Source: a virus (taxonomy: Duplodnaviria > Caudoviricetes). From it: a stretch of DNA of 58,751 nt. The position numbers and the translations under genes were made by a program. This document shows positions 26,907 to 36,632 of this stretch, one piece after another (within the stretch, counting starts at the first letter, position 1; each line of letters begins with the position of its first letter). The stretch spans positions 1 through 58,751 of the IMG/VR virus record IMGVR_UViG_3300035190_001906, one strand, 5' to 3'. The notes below the pieces were generated by a model. It had not been told where the DNA came from and ran no database searches. It worked only from the letters and a program-made list of their open reading frames with translations.

Positions 26907-28371
26907 ATTTGTTCAAACGGTAAATTCCATGCTCAGAACCACCATAAAACCCGTTAACCGAATCAATATTATCCTCCCAACTGAAGGATGCTTTCGATGA
27001 AGAATTAGACAGAACAGTAGTTTTGTCCATCATGATTCCAATGTGTGCCATATCAAAACCAACCCAAATATCACCCGCGATCGCCTGATCTCTCGAAACC
27101 TTTTGCGCTCGACCCCCTTCCATATCCTGAACACAGGAAACCACAGAAGCCATCCCCGCTTCTCCCCCCAACATAGGTAGCCCAATAACTTGAATCACGA
27201 ATAAATTAACTGCCCAAGCACAGGCAACATTCCCCCCTCCTGGCCCCTCAGCAGAAGAACGTCCCTTGGCTGCAACGGCGGCATCATAAATCTTTTTATT
27301 CAACCCCGTTAAATCAGGTCTTTGATTAGTTCCTTGTGAAACATCGGGTTTATTGGCATCCCCTTTTAAAATCTGAGGAGTTCCCATTTTAGGATCTGGT
27401 TTATAAGCCTTTACATGAGCCTCCGCAGTATATCCAAAGATGAATAATACCGATTCCACTGTATAGGTATCATCTAAATCCTGCCCCAAACCCTTCATCT
27501 TAAAAGTAGTTTGAGCATCTAAATTCAAGATATCCGGTTGACCCGCCAAATCCAAAACCAAATCAGCCCGAATCGACTTATGAGCTTCTGCCGCATACAA
27601 TCCCAACGCATATTCCAAAGCAGATAATTGGGATGTTGGGTTTTGCTGAATCATTGTCTTGTGAGCAGCACCGCCCGTATCAAAATCATTTGCACCATAA
27701 GTACCAGGAAGGGGAATAGCACTAGGATCAATTCCAAACTTAAACCCCGCCTTCCCTCGTTCGATTGCTTCAAAAAATTGAGGACTAGCTGTAGCTTTAT
27801 GAATTAAATCAGGATGCCCAGCGTTAACAATACTCCGAACATTATCCCAATCTCCTTGCTCGGCGTAAGGACGCATATCATATCCCCCTGCTGATGGTTT
27901 GGGTGATGCACACCAATACCAACAGAAGATTTTTGCTGCAAGATTGGGTTCTAAAATTAAGTCGGGGTTAGCTAGGCAATCAATTTTAAAATATTCTTTA
28001 CAAGCCTCATAACCAGAGAGTCCTGTTAACTGAATAAACCCTCTACCTACAGGAGATGGTGGATTATCGTATGTAACCCAATCAACTACACCCCCTTCTT
28101 TTTTTGGTTCAAATCCACATTCAGCATATAAAGTCCCGCAGATAGCGATCAAATGATTAACGCTGGTCATCTGATTTTGAGCCGCTTCTCTAGCTAGAAG
28201 CGGAAAATATTTAACAATATTGTCTTTAAATTCAGGAAATACTTCCGCAACTTGCTGAACAACATTTAACCCAGAACTTTGTTGCTTATCCTCTGCTTTT
28301 TTACTATCCGTTGCTTGATTTGGCGTGGGAGTTGTTGTAGTATTTGTTGGCTTTATGGGGTTGTCAACCAT
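26905..28371 (-). CDS. Virion-associated lysin: GH19/lysozyme-like domain, middle baseplate-hub-like segment, C-terminal NlpC/P60-CHAP-like peptidase
   Basis: YAECGF..KEG and GRGFIQLTG (GH19 signature); C-terminal ACAWAVN...GDIWVG..AHIGI (Cys/His dyad). Confidence 0.75.
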   Translation of the reverse strand: MVDNPIKPTNTTTTPTPNQATDSKKAEDKQQSSGLNVVQQVAEVFPEFKDNIVKYFPLLAREAAQNQMTSVNHLIAICGTLYAECGFEPKKEGGVVDWVTYDNPPSPVGRGFIQLTGLSGYEACKEYFKIDCLANPDLILEPNLAAKIFCWYWCASPKPSAGGYDMRPYAEQGDWDNVRSIVNAGHPDLIHKATASPQFFEAIERGKAGFKFGIDPSAIPLPGTYGANDFDTGGAAHKTMIQQNPTSQLSALEYALGLYAAEAHKSIRADLVLDLAGQPDILNLDAQTTFKMKGLGQDLDDTYTVESVLFIFGYTAEAHVKAYKPDPKMGTPQILKGDANKPDVSQGTNQRPDLTGLNKKIYDAAVAAKGRSSAEGPGGGNVACAWAVNLFVIQVIGLPMLGGEAGMASVVSCVQDMEGGRAQKVSRDQAIAGDIWVGFDMAHIGIMMDKTTVLSNSSSKASFSWEDNIDSVNGFYGGSEHGIYRLNK

Positions 28372-28581
28372 AGTTTTTGCGGTAAAATGAACGGGTCGTC
28401 ACACAATCCAATAACCTAAAAAAAGGAATCCTAGTGACCCCTTTTTTTAGGTTTTGATTTATAGCGAATATTAACAAAACCCCAAGTTATCTTGGGGTGA
28501 CTTAATGTTTCTTCTCTCTTTTATTATGGCATACACAGCAAGAAAAAAGAATGACGAATTTCTCACGGCTTTAAAAACAAA

Positions 28582-28614
28582 AAGCGATCGCATATCTAAA
28601 AAGTGCGATCGCTT
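28582..28614 (-). terminator. HIP1-armed intrinsic terminator
   Basis: AAGCGATCGCA-N11-TGCGATCGCTT followed by a U-tract on the minus strand. Confidence 0.6.
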
Positions 28615-28734
28615 CTATATTCATTTCCACCAAATTATTCACAAACCAAATCCAAGGAAAGTATAACATGAAATTTGAGATATTTACCTAATTTGTTCGG
28701 AAGACGAAATTTGTCCATGTCTGGACTGTTAATT

Positions 28735-28774
28735 AAGCGATCGCATTTCGTAAAGAAGTGCGATCGCTTTTTTT
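28735..28774. terminator. HIP1-armed hairpin terminator at the end of the 134-aa gene
   Basis: AAGCGATCGCATTTC-gtaaa-GAAGTGCGATCGCTT plus T-tract. Confidence 0.65.
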
Positions 28775-29177
28775 ATTTCAGTGCAACAATTGTCGGAGCC
28801 TCATTTTTAATAAGATATTTGTACAAAATTTTCTGACCTCGACTGATAATAATATCCTTCATTTCCAGATAATACTTTACCCCCTGAAATTCAATCATAG
28901 TTTCAGGCGTAATCATTGACTCATTAAAATCAGGGCCAGGAATTAAGCAGATATTCCAGTCTTTGTCTTCTACAGTTTTGACGGAAGTTGCGATCGCGCT
29001 AAACCTCTGTTGATAAGCGTAACCCGTCACCGGAGTACATACCCAATTAATTTGTTCGGGTAGATTATATTGCGGTTGGGCAGGTTGAACAACTTTGCGA
29101 TGACAAAGTTTTAATAGATTACCTTGTTCTTTGCAAACTTGTCGCATTGCCTCAATATCAAACCAATCGTTTATCAT
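28773..29177 (-). CDS. Putative head-tail joining/head-closure protein
   Basis: Size, beta-rich pattern ending in IEFQGVKYYLE, and context next to the adaptor gene; function inferred. Confidence 0.4.
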   Translation of the reverse strand: MINDWFDIEAMRQVCKEQGNLLKLCHRKVVQPAQPQYNLPEQINWVCTPVTGYAYQQRFSAIATSVKTVEDKDWNICLIPGPDFNESMITPETMIEFQGVKYYLEMKDIIISRGQKILYKYLIKNEAPTIVALK

Positions 29178-29179
29178 AG

Positions 29180-31663
29180 TTAATCTTTTTTGTTGATTTT
29201 TAACAATAGACGCTTCACTTCTTCTTTAGCAGATTCTTCTTCTGGGTCTAATTTTAGGATTTCCTTGTAAGCTTCAATAGCTTCTTCGTATTTCCCTTCC
29301 CGATCTAAAAAACCTGCTTTTCTATGCCATTGTCTGATATTTTTGCCTGGGTTTATTTTTGCTATTGTTTTACCTAACGCAGCCTTTTCCTCTGTCTTTC
29401 CTAAATCTTCAAGTAGTTCGGATTTGAGATCTAAAGCAATGACATGATTTGGGTCTATTTTCGAGATTTCTTCATAGATATCAATCGCTTCTTGTAGTTG
29501 ATCGTTGCGTTTTAATTTATTCGCTTTTCTCAACAATGTTTTGATATTTTCTGGATCGGATTCCAGTTTTTCTCGCTCCATAAGTATTGCTTTTCTTTTG
29601 GCTATACGTTCAGCTTCTTCCTTGTTTTTTTGCTCTACAATCTTACGTTCCGCCTCCGCTTTGGCCTCTCGTTCTTTTACTTCTTTAGCTATGCGTTCAG
29701 CCTCTTCCTTGTTTTTTTGTCTCGTAATCTCTAGTTCTGCCATCTCTTTGTCTCTAATCTTAGATCTTTGTTCTCTTGCAATATCTTCTTTAGCCTCTCG
29801 TTCTTCTATTTCTTTGATTGCACGGTCGTATTCTTTAGCTCTACGCTCGGCTTCTTTTTCACGTCGTTCCTTAATCTCTTTTTTGGCTAGTCGGTCAGCT
29901 TCTTCCATAATTTTTTGTTCTGCTTCCCATTTAGCCCAATCTTCAGTATCTTGTTCGACTTTATTCTCAACTGATTCCATAGCATTTTTCTTCCCTAAAT
30001 GTACTTCCTCTAATATATTTTTAAGCATCTTCTTGAATTCAGGGACATTAACTTCGTACAACTTCCCTATTTCTTCAGTAAAAATATCCTTGTCTAATTT
30101 TTCTCTAACTTTTTCCCAGTTTTCAAAAACATAATCATGTAAACTTCTGTGAATTTTTTCATTTTTCAGCGCAAGCGCATCATCTTCCGATATATTTATT
30201 GCTGTTCTAATAGTGAAAGCACTGTAACTAGGTCTATTTAGGTAATCGACTCTAGGAGAATAAAATCCATTAAATTCTGAAGATATACTTTCTTTTGATT
30301 TTGTCAATGAAACTCCCGTGTTATCGGAGTCAGTAGGTATTATATACTTACCGTCTTTGTCGTAATTGTCGCCCCAGATATTCTCATTTTTCTTGCTCGA
30401 AAGAGATCCAACTTTTTCAAATTCTTCTTTTTCTGTGAAGGAAATGTGTTTGCCTGTATCGACCCAGAAATCACGAATACGATCATCTGCCCCCCCATCA
30501 TCCACGAACCTAGAAAAATTTTTAGCATCCATCGTTTTGTCGAACGTAAAGACTGTGCCGTCCGAATCAACCCAATCCCCGTTATTATCTATCCGATGAA
30601 AGCCAAAAATATAATCCTTTGATAGATAAGTGATGTCAGACTTTTCTATAAAATCATCTATATCCTGGCTGTTTATTTTAGCTGATTTAACTTGATTAGA
30701 AGGCTCCCTTTTTAATCCAGTGAATACTGACGATGCTTTTACTTTTTTACCTAAACCTCTATGATTATTGATAATTCGTCTTTCTACAGTAAAATTCTCT
30801 TTGATGTATTTCTTGAGATTGATGTTGCTGGCTCCCGTAACCAAACCACCCGCCAAAGCCCCAGCAACCATACTAGCCCCAATCCGAACAGCAGGGTTAT
30901 TAATTTCCAACTTATCCAAACCCTTTTGTACTGCAAAGTCCGCAGCTTCGCCAATAGCTACAGAACTTAAAATTGTTCCCCAATTCAAACCCTGAGCCAT
31001 AAATAAAGGGATAGCCACTTCAAACCCTAACGCAATTGCCAAACTAATCCCAATTGGAATTGCAGCACTCGCAGCCTTGCCAATTATTTCATCTCGTTTA
31101 CTGAAATCTTCAGGACTTTCTAGTGCCTCTTTGTAAGCCGCATATTGGGCAAACCGGAACTCCATCTTTTCATTAAAACTCGCATCCTTGGGTGGTTGGG
31201 CTAAATTGGCGTTGCGGATTGCCTGTGCCATCGGGTTTTTGTCATCCCCGTATTGGTCAGCAAATTCCTTAGTCGCCCTGGCAATCCATTCTTCTAACTT
31301 CTCCGTTAATTTAGGATTTAGATTAACTTGAGCCGCTAAATTAGAAATCAATTTCGCCATCGGTAAACCCGCAGCAATCCCGGCACGTTTTCTGAATTCA
31401 GGATCTTTAATTAGTGATTGAATTGTGTCACCTGTCAGATCGAATCCTTGCTTTAGGATGGCAGTTGCATCTTGAATTGGTTGAGCAATGGACATTCCTT
31501 TTTTAGCAAATCGTCCCGTTCCGTCTCTAACTACGGTATCAGTGTTTTTTAGCCAATCAGCCTTGTATTCCTTGGCGGCTTCTGCCTGTAGTAGACTTTG
31601 TACAATCAGGCTTCGAGATTGAAATTCCAAGATTAAACACAATAGTTCGGTGTTATTTTGCAT
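29180..31663 (-). CDS. Polymorphic-type protein 1: conserved N-terminus of about 280 aa (RDGTGRF motif, hydrophobic helices), unique domain, coiled coil, C-terminal TPR repeats
   Basis: N-terminus closely similar to 37300..39630; C-terminal TPR-like AIDIYEEISKIDPNH and AIEAYKEILKLDPEE. Confidence 0.8.
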   Translation of the reverse strand: MQNNTELLCLILEFQSRSLIVQSLLQAEAAKEYKADWLKNTDTVVRDGTGRFAKKGMSIAQPIQDATAILKQGFDLTGDTIQSLIKDPEFRKRAGIAAGLPMAKLISNLAAQVNLNPKLTEKLEEWIARATKEFADQYGDDKNPMAQAIRNANLAQPPKDASFNEKMEFRFAQYAAYKEALESPEDFSKRDEIIGKAASAAIPIGISLAIALGFEVAIPLFMAQGLNWGTILSSVAIGEAADFAVQKGLDKLEINNPAVRIGASMVAGALAGGLVTGASNINLKKYIKENFTVERRIINNHRGLGKKVKASSVFTGLKREPSNQVKSAKINSQDIDDFIEKSDITYLSKDYIFGFHRIDNNGDWVDSDGTVFTFDKTMDAKNFSRFVDDGGADDRIRDFWVDTGKHISFTEKEEFEKVGSLSSKKNENIWGDNYDKDGKYIIPTDSDNTGVSLTKSKESISSEFNGFYSPRVDYLNRPSYSAFTIRTAINISEDDALALKNEKIHRSLHDYVFENWEKVREKLDKDIFTEEIGKLYEVNVPEFKKMLKNILEEVHLGKKNAMESVENKVEQDTEDWAKWEAEQKIMEEADRLAKKEIKERREKEAERRAKEYDRAIKEIEEREAKEDIAREQRSKIRDKEMAELEITRQKNKEEAERIAKEVKEREAKAEAERKIVEQKNKEEAERIAKRKAILMEREKLESDPENIKTLLRKANKLKRNDQLQEAIDIYEEISKIDPNHVIALDLKSELLEDLGKTEEKAALGKTIAKINPGKNIRQWHRKAGFLDREGKYEEAIEAYKEILKLDPEEESAKEEVKRLLLKINKKD

Positions 31664-31722
31664 AGATTTTTATATAAAAATAGAGGCAGAAATTTCTACC
31701 TCTGGTTCGAGTTGATTCCATT

Positions 31723-32343
31723 CTAAACCTTAATCCTGTGTTTATATCGACCCAATGGTTGAACAAAGCGCTCAAACCAAGTTCCAAGTGAAGCATTTTT
31801 ATTTTCCCCAAGTTTGAATTGCTGACTCATGCCCCCTGGTAGGTTTACGCTGGTCAAATCCCTTGTTGGTTCTTCTAAGGAAAAAGTATCGCAATTATTC
31901 TTAACAGAGTGACGTAACAAGGCAAATGCGACATTCTCGAAAATAGGAGGAATTTCTTTCAGTCCCGCTATGTAACGGACTTCATAGTTTAATCCCGACG
32001 AGCTTATTCCCATTACATAAATAATTTCAATAGTGCGCTTGCCGTCCCAAGTCCAATAGGCATTAGTTAAAGTCGTTCCCCCAAATACAGGGTGAATCCG
32101 TTTGACCTCCAAAACCTTTGTAGGAGGGGCTTGGCTATTGATATTCAAATACCCTATATGGTTCGGAATGATCGTGGTGTGGTACTCCTTCGGTAACGGC
32201 GAATAACCCAACCAAGTATCGATCCGATATTCGATATCATCAATCATAAGTTGGATCGCGTCGAATGATGGGACTGTTTCAGGAGTGCGATCGCCTAGAG
32301 AGATTAATCGTTTTTGAACAGCTTCAGGGGTAATGTATGACAT
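31723..32343 (-). CDS. Head-tail adaptor/connector protein (gp6/gp15-like)
   Basis: MSYITPEAV start, IDTWLGYS, and VRYIAGLKEIPPIFENVAFALL resembling the connector 'Y.AG...P' motif; ATG at 32343 preferred over the track start at 32373. Confidence 0.6.
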   Translation of the reverse strand: MSYITPEAVQKRLISLGDRTPETVPSFDAIQLMIDDIEYRIDTWLGYSPLPKEYHTTIIPNHIGYLNINSQAPPTKVLEVKRIHPVFGGTTLTNAYWTWDGKRTIEIIYVMGISSSGLNYEVRYIAGLKEIPPIFENVAFALLRHSVKNNCDTFSLEEPTRDLTSVNLPGGMSQQFKLGENKNASLGTWFERFVQPLGRYKHRIKV

Positions 32344-32360
32344 TTGACTTTTAGATCGTG

Positions 32361-32426
32361 TATAATTGAGCATAACAAAAAGAAATCCTAAAACGGGGCG
32401 GAGATTTATTCTCTGCCCCGTTTTTT
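32361..32426 (+). promoter_or_regulatory. TATAAT plus CCTAAAACGGG hairpin and U-tract
   Basis: Stem 32390-32404/32410-32424. Confidence 0.65.
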
Positions 32427-32445
32427 GCGTCTAGGGGACAACCAA

Positions 32446-32796
32446 ATGCCCAGCATTGATAGTCGTTTGCGACTAAATGAGAAGCAGTTAGAAGTATTGT
32501 CGGAACAAGGTATTCGTTCTGACGATGTTTACAGGATTTCCGGTGACCTCCTCCACCATACAGCTTGTCGGATTGATGGGTATAGCAATGGCCACTTCAT
32601 TTTCTTTATCGAAGGAACCATGAGCGAACATCTGATCTTTCTGAAATATTTGTTTGGTGACAGCTATAGCGCAGTTATTCCTTCTCGATTCAGGGGTTTG
32701 ACGATTTACGCGAGTCCAACCGGAAAATTCGTGAAGCCTGAAAACAAAGTCACTATTGAAGTTGTATTGGTTTCAGCGCCGATAGATTACATTTGA
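32446..32796 (+). CDS. Hypothetical virion/neck protein, paralogue of the next gene
   Basis: ATG at 32446 after AGGGGA; shares IDGY..GH..FFI.G and GL..YA..T.KF..PEN.VT motifs with 32814..33143. Confidence 0.65.
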   Translation: MPSIDSRLRLNEKQLEVLSEQGIRSDDVYRISGDLLHHTACRIDGYSNGHFIFFIEGTMSEHLIFLKYLFGDSYSAVIPSRFRGLTIYASPTGKFVKPENKVTIEVVLVSAPIDYI

Positions 32797-32813
32797 AAAG
32801 GAGATAATCGGCT

Positions 32814-33143
32814 ATGCCAGTAGTAGCACCAGTTCAAATCACCTTGTCCCAGGATCATAAAGATAACTTTCTGCAAATTGGGGTTGACTTGGCGGTTACA
32901 TTAATTCATCGTGTGGATAACCATGCGATCAATGCTACAGCCCCGATTGACGGTTATATCACGGGTCATTACCTGTTCTTTATTAGTGGTGCAGAGGAAC
33001 AGCATCGTCAATTTTTTAAATTGTTATACCAAACCCAGCAAGAACCTTTTTTGGCTTTGAAAGCACCTGGATTATGGGTTTATGCTGCGGCAACCGCTAA
33101 ATTTATGACTCCCGAAAATCTAGTCACATTATCTTATGTTTAG
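32814..33143 (+). CDS. Hypothetical virion/neck protein, paralogue of the previous gene
   Basis: AGGAGA RBS; shared motifs as above. Confidence 0.7.
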   Translation: MPVVAPVQITLSQDHKDNFLQIGVDLAVTLIHRVDNHAINATAPIDGYITGHYLFFISGAEEQHRQFFKLLYQTQQEPFLALKAPGLWVYAAATAKFMTPENLVTLSYV

Positions 33144-33543
33144 ACAAGCTCAACTCAAAAATGCGAGAGAACCTTTACAGGTTCCCTATCCCCTTGATTT
33201 TCTGGGGATTAAGTCATCGAACAATCCTGACGATACTTCTATTTTTATTTCGACCGAGCCTCGTTTTTTGAGCGATGATGAGGTTAAATTAATTCAGGAG
33301 TATGTCAAAGGATTGAACTACGATCAATCTCTGGTTCTGACCGGATGTGTAATGATTGACTCTGATGATCCACTCTTGAAATGTACCCACGAACAACTGA
33401 ACAAAATTGAGTCGGAAAACTACTTGCTTTCAACAGCTAAAATTCCGACCAAGGGAGGTAAGCCCTCAATTCAACAGCGTGTTTTGTTGATTCGAGAACG
33501 GGGATATTTTGGGACTGGAGTACCACGACTTCATTCCGCATAA
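33136..33543 (+). CDS. Hypothetical protein upstream of the sheath (possible tail completion protein)
   Basis: Overlapping start within the operon; function inferred from position only. Confidence 0.55.
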   Translation: MFRQAQLKNAREPLQVPYPLDFLGIKSSNNPDDTSIFISTEPRFLSDDEVKLIQEYVKGLNYDQSLVLTGCVMIDSDDPLLKCTHEQLNKIESENYLLSTAKIPTKGGKPSIQQRVLLIRERGYFGTGVPRLHSA

Positions 33544-33570
33544 ATCTTAATTCTATTAATTTAATTCAAA

Positions 33571-33613
33571 CCTAAAACGGGTTTCCTAAAACAAAAAGGA
33601 AGCTCGTTTTTTT
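33571..33613 (+). promoter_or_regulatory. CCTAAAACGGG hairpin and U-tract upstream of the sheath gene
   Basis: Stem 33574-33587/33597-33610, followed by AGGAGA RBS. Confidence 0.65.
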
Positions 33614-33628
33614 ACTTAGGAGATATCA

Positions 33629-36619
33629 ATGGCAGATTTACAATCTGTGCGTGTATTTGGCCCTCCTGCTGGTGCGGCAGGTCTGGCTGTTATCGAACGT
33701 TCAGGGAATCAAATCGTAATTGATTCGAGATACGGCACAACAGCTTTTTTTGGAGTTCAGAAGCGTGGCCCTATGGGGGTCGCAATTCCCTATCTTTCTA
33801 AAGAGCAGTATTTACAAATTGCGGGAGATCCAAAAGATTCATCGTGGCATTTATATCCTGATGCCAGTCATCTTTGTCCTGATGCAATTGATGGATTTTT
33901 TAATAGTGCTGGAAGCGGTGCTATGACATGGATTACGCGGGTTGAGCTAGAAAATGCTCGTCCTGCTAAAATCGTTGTCAAAAATCGGTTAGGGACGGAA
34001 ATTTTAGAGTTGGAAGCCGCGAACCAAGGTCGATGGGGTGGGTATCGTAAAATCGTGCCTTTTTCGACTGTTGTTGTTGCGACAGCGAAAACTTTTACGA
34101 TTGTTGCACCAGGTATTTTTGCTAACGAATTGGTCGATGCAAATATCGAATTTTCGGGAAGCAATAAAACTTATCAGGTGATCGCCAACACCGCTTCAAA
34201 CCCGATAAGCGGAGAAGTTGTTTTTACGATTGGTTCCCAATACGATCTATTTGCAGATGGTGTGTCTGGGCCATTAACCCTGTCTGGATTAGCAACTTAT
34301 TCTCGTCACAAAAACCTAGTTGGAACAATTGAATTTCAAAGATTGATTTCAATGATGGGGACTGTAACGATTAGCGGGACTACGGTTATTGGGGTTGGAA
34401 CTCGATTTTCTAGTGATTTGAAAGTTGGAGATCCGGTCTACTACGCGGGTGAATCTCGGCGAGTTACCTCAATTACTTCTAATACGTCTCTAACGATTGA
34501 ATCACCATTTATCGTTGATGGTGTTACAGCAACAATTCTGGAAAAAGATAATTTAGAAGTTGTTGGAAATAATACTACCTTCCTAGTGGAAGTTGCTCCA
34601 GGTGACAAACTTTATTGTTTGGTAAATGGAATCGAAGTTGTCCGAACAGTAGCTAGTGTGGTTAGTAACACTTCCTTGTTACTGGAGTCTGGGTTTGAAT
34701 CCGATGTCAATGTTGGAACGGTTGCCTACTTAGACAATTACTGGGTAGATGTTGTTGACGGTGATTTACTGAGTGAACTTTTGTCTGGGGAAAAAATTAT
34801 TGACCCCAATCGTCGTGGAGACGGGGCAATTGTTACGGAGATTCAGGCAGATCGATTTAAAGTTGCCAAACCTTTTTATGGTAGTTTTGTTGACACGGAA
34901 CTTGCTAAACAAAGTCAAGTTGCTAAAATCTCCCTAATTCCTCCTGAGAAAACGGGATTGAGTGTAGAGATTGGTCAGGGGACAGCTTACCCAGAAACCC
35001 ACTTTAGTCTACAAATCCGGTTCAATGACTCTCTCGTCGTATCTATTGCAGATGCTTCTTTAGATCCCAGTGATTCTTTATTTGTTGAAACCCTGGTTAA
35101 CAATACCAATGTTGCCTACCGAACAGGAACCGAGAATTACTTGTCTTGGGTTCGAGCTAAATCTTTTTGGAATGGGAGTACGGCAAGCTACACAACCGCG
35201 ATGTCAAATGATGTCCGACCTGCTAATGGCAGTGGGACTATTTTATCCTTAACCCAACAACGTATTTATACCATTGGGGATTTTGATTATCAAGCCAGTG
35301 TTGGGAATTACATCTACCCCAATCCCTATCGCTACGCCAGAAACGCCCTCCGAGTCAAACAAGCTAAATCCCCTGTTGTTCTAGCGGGAACTGTTTCTAC
35401 CATGGGGTCTGTTGTAACAGGATCGGGGACTGCTTTTCGTTCTGTTGTTGCTGCTGGGGATTTGGTTGTTTCTCCTGCTGGTGAAATCCGAACTGTTCGT
35501 CAGGTGATTGGTGATACTGAATTGTCCTTGACTCAAGGATTCTCTGTCAATCTAACTGCCGGAAGTAAGCTCACCAAATCAGGTTATCTTTCTTTTGATT
35601 CGGGGGTTGATTTAACTCGTTATGCCAGTCAAGGCGATCGCTTCATCGTTTCCTTTCCTCAATATTTTGAAGGTGGTTACGACGGCGACTCCTCGATGAT
35701 GCAACCTTACCATTTCACTCGCTACCTTGACCCAGACCTCAATTTCCTTGAGCAAGCGGTTTATGGGTTAAACGTTGGATTGGTGCGCTTCGCAATTCCT
35801 GGCGTTAATGATTTATCTGTGCAGAAAGCGGGGATTGCTTATGCTGAATCCGTTGCCTTTGAGTTCCGTGCTGAAATTCCTGCCTTCGTTAACAATGTTG
35901 CTGTTGCTGAATCCTATGTCAATTTAGATTTAGGGCGCAGTGATCATCTTTCTGTTGCCTTCCCTAGCTACGCCTTTATTCCCAACCCTCGTTCCAGAGG
36001 CGATCGCATGATCTCCATCTCTGGAGACATCATGGGATTGGAAAGTGCCATGGCTTCTCGATACAGGGGATACCATTATGTTGCGGCTGGATTAAATGCG
36101 GTATTGGGGCGGATCTCCAAACTACCTTTCACACCCAATCCAAGAGAGGAAGGGATCTTGAATTTAGCAGGGATTCAACCGATTAAATATTTCGGTGGGC
36201 AGATTATTATTTTTGGTAGCCGATGCCCTGCTCAAAACTCAATTTATACCTTTCTTCATGTCCGAAGAACGCAGAGTAACTACGTCAGAATTTTTCTGGA
36301 AGCCCAGCCTTTATTGCAACAATTATTCCGACCCAATCAACCCGAGATGTCGGATCGGTTATTGCTGGCGTTAGAGGGATTTGCTAAAGAAGAATACCAA
36401 AAAGGAGTCTACAGTCGATATTTGACATTTGATCAAGCTGTAAGATTTGCTACAGTCCCTTCTGTGGGCGAACAAGGAGTTGATGTATTTCTTCAAGTCG
36501 CCAATGGAAAATTGAAGCTTTTTTATTCCTGGTTCCCAACTGGAATCTTAGAAAGGCTTGAATTAGAAATTGGCCCCGAATCTTTGGTTTCTCGGTTTGG
36601 TTCTTCTGTAACAACTTAG
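33629..36619 (+). CDS. Contractile tail sheath protein (996 aa) with inserted beta-rich repeat domains
   Basis: N-terminal TTAFFGVQKRGPMGVA; FEGGYDG; C-terminal LNLAGIQPI...IIIFGSR...FLHVRRTQ...LFRPN sheath core. Confidence 0.9.
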   Translation: MADLQSVRVFGPPAGAAGLAVIERSGNQIVIDSRYGTTAFFGVQKRGPMGVAIPYLSKEQYLQIAGDPKDSSWHLYPDASHLCPDAIDGFFNSAGSGAMTWITRVELENARPAKIVVKNRLGTEILELEAANQGRWGGYRKIVPFSTVVVATAKTFTIVAPGIFANELVDANIEFSGSNKTYQVIANTASNPISGEVVFTIGSQYDLFADGVSGPLTLSGLATYSRHKNLVGTIEFQRLISMMGTVTISGTTVIGVGTRFSSDLKVGDPVYYAGESRRVTSITSNTSLTIESPFIVDGVTATILEKDNLEVVGNNTTFLVEVAPGDKLYCLVNGIEVVRTVASVVSNTSLLLESGFESDVNVGTVAYLDNYWVDVVDGDLLSELLSGEKIIDPNRRGDGAIVTEIQADRFKVAKPFYGSFVDTELAKQSQVAKISLIPPEKTGLSVEIGQGTAYPETHFSLQIRFNDSLVVSIADASLDPSDSLFVETLVNNTNVAYRTGTENYLSWVRAKSFWNGSTASYTTAMSNDVRPANGSGTILSLTQQRIYTIGDFDYQASVGNYIYPNPYRYARNALRVKQAKSPVVLAGTVSTMGSVVTGSGTAFRSVVAAGDLVVSPAGEIRTVRQVIGDTELSLTQGFSVNLTAGSKLTKSGYLSFDSGVDLTRYASQGDRFIVSFPQYFEGGYDGDSSMMQPYHFTRYLDPDLNFLEQAVYGLNVGLVRFAIPGVNDLSVQKAGIAYAESVAFEFRAEIPAFVNNVAVAESYVNLDLGRSDHLSVAFPSYAFIPNPRSRGDRMISISGDIMGLESAMASRYRGYHYVAAGLNAVLGRISKLPFTPNPREEGILNLAGIQPIKYFGGQIIIFGSRCPAQNSIYTFLHVRRTQSNYVRIFLEAQPLLQQLFRPNQPEMSDRLLLALEGFAKEEYQKGVYSRYLTFDQAVRFATVPSVGEQGVDVFLQVANGKLKLFYSWFPTGILERLELEIGPESLVSRFGSSVTT

Positions 36620-36632
36620 GTAGGCTATTGAC

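Noticed and set aside
28526-28666. 46-codon plus-strand ORF (MAYTARKK...) in the intergenic region
   Set aside because: No RBS, and it runs through a terminator-like HIP1 hairpin; probably spurious.
29505-30995. Plus-strand Ser/Leu-rich ORFs opposite the 827-aa gene
   Set aside because: Antisense mirror of a Glu/Lys/Arg coiled-coil coding region.
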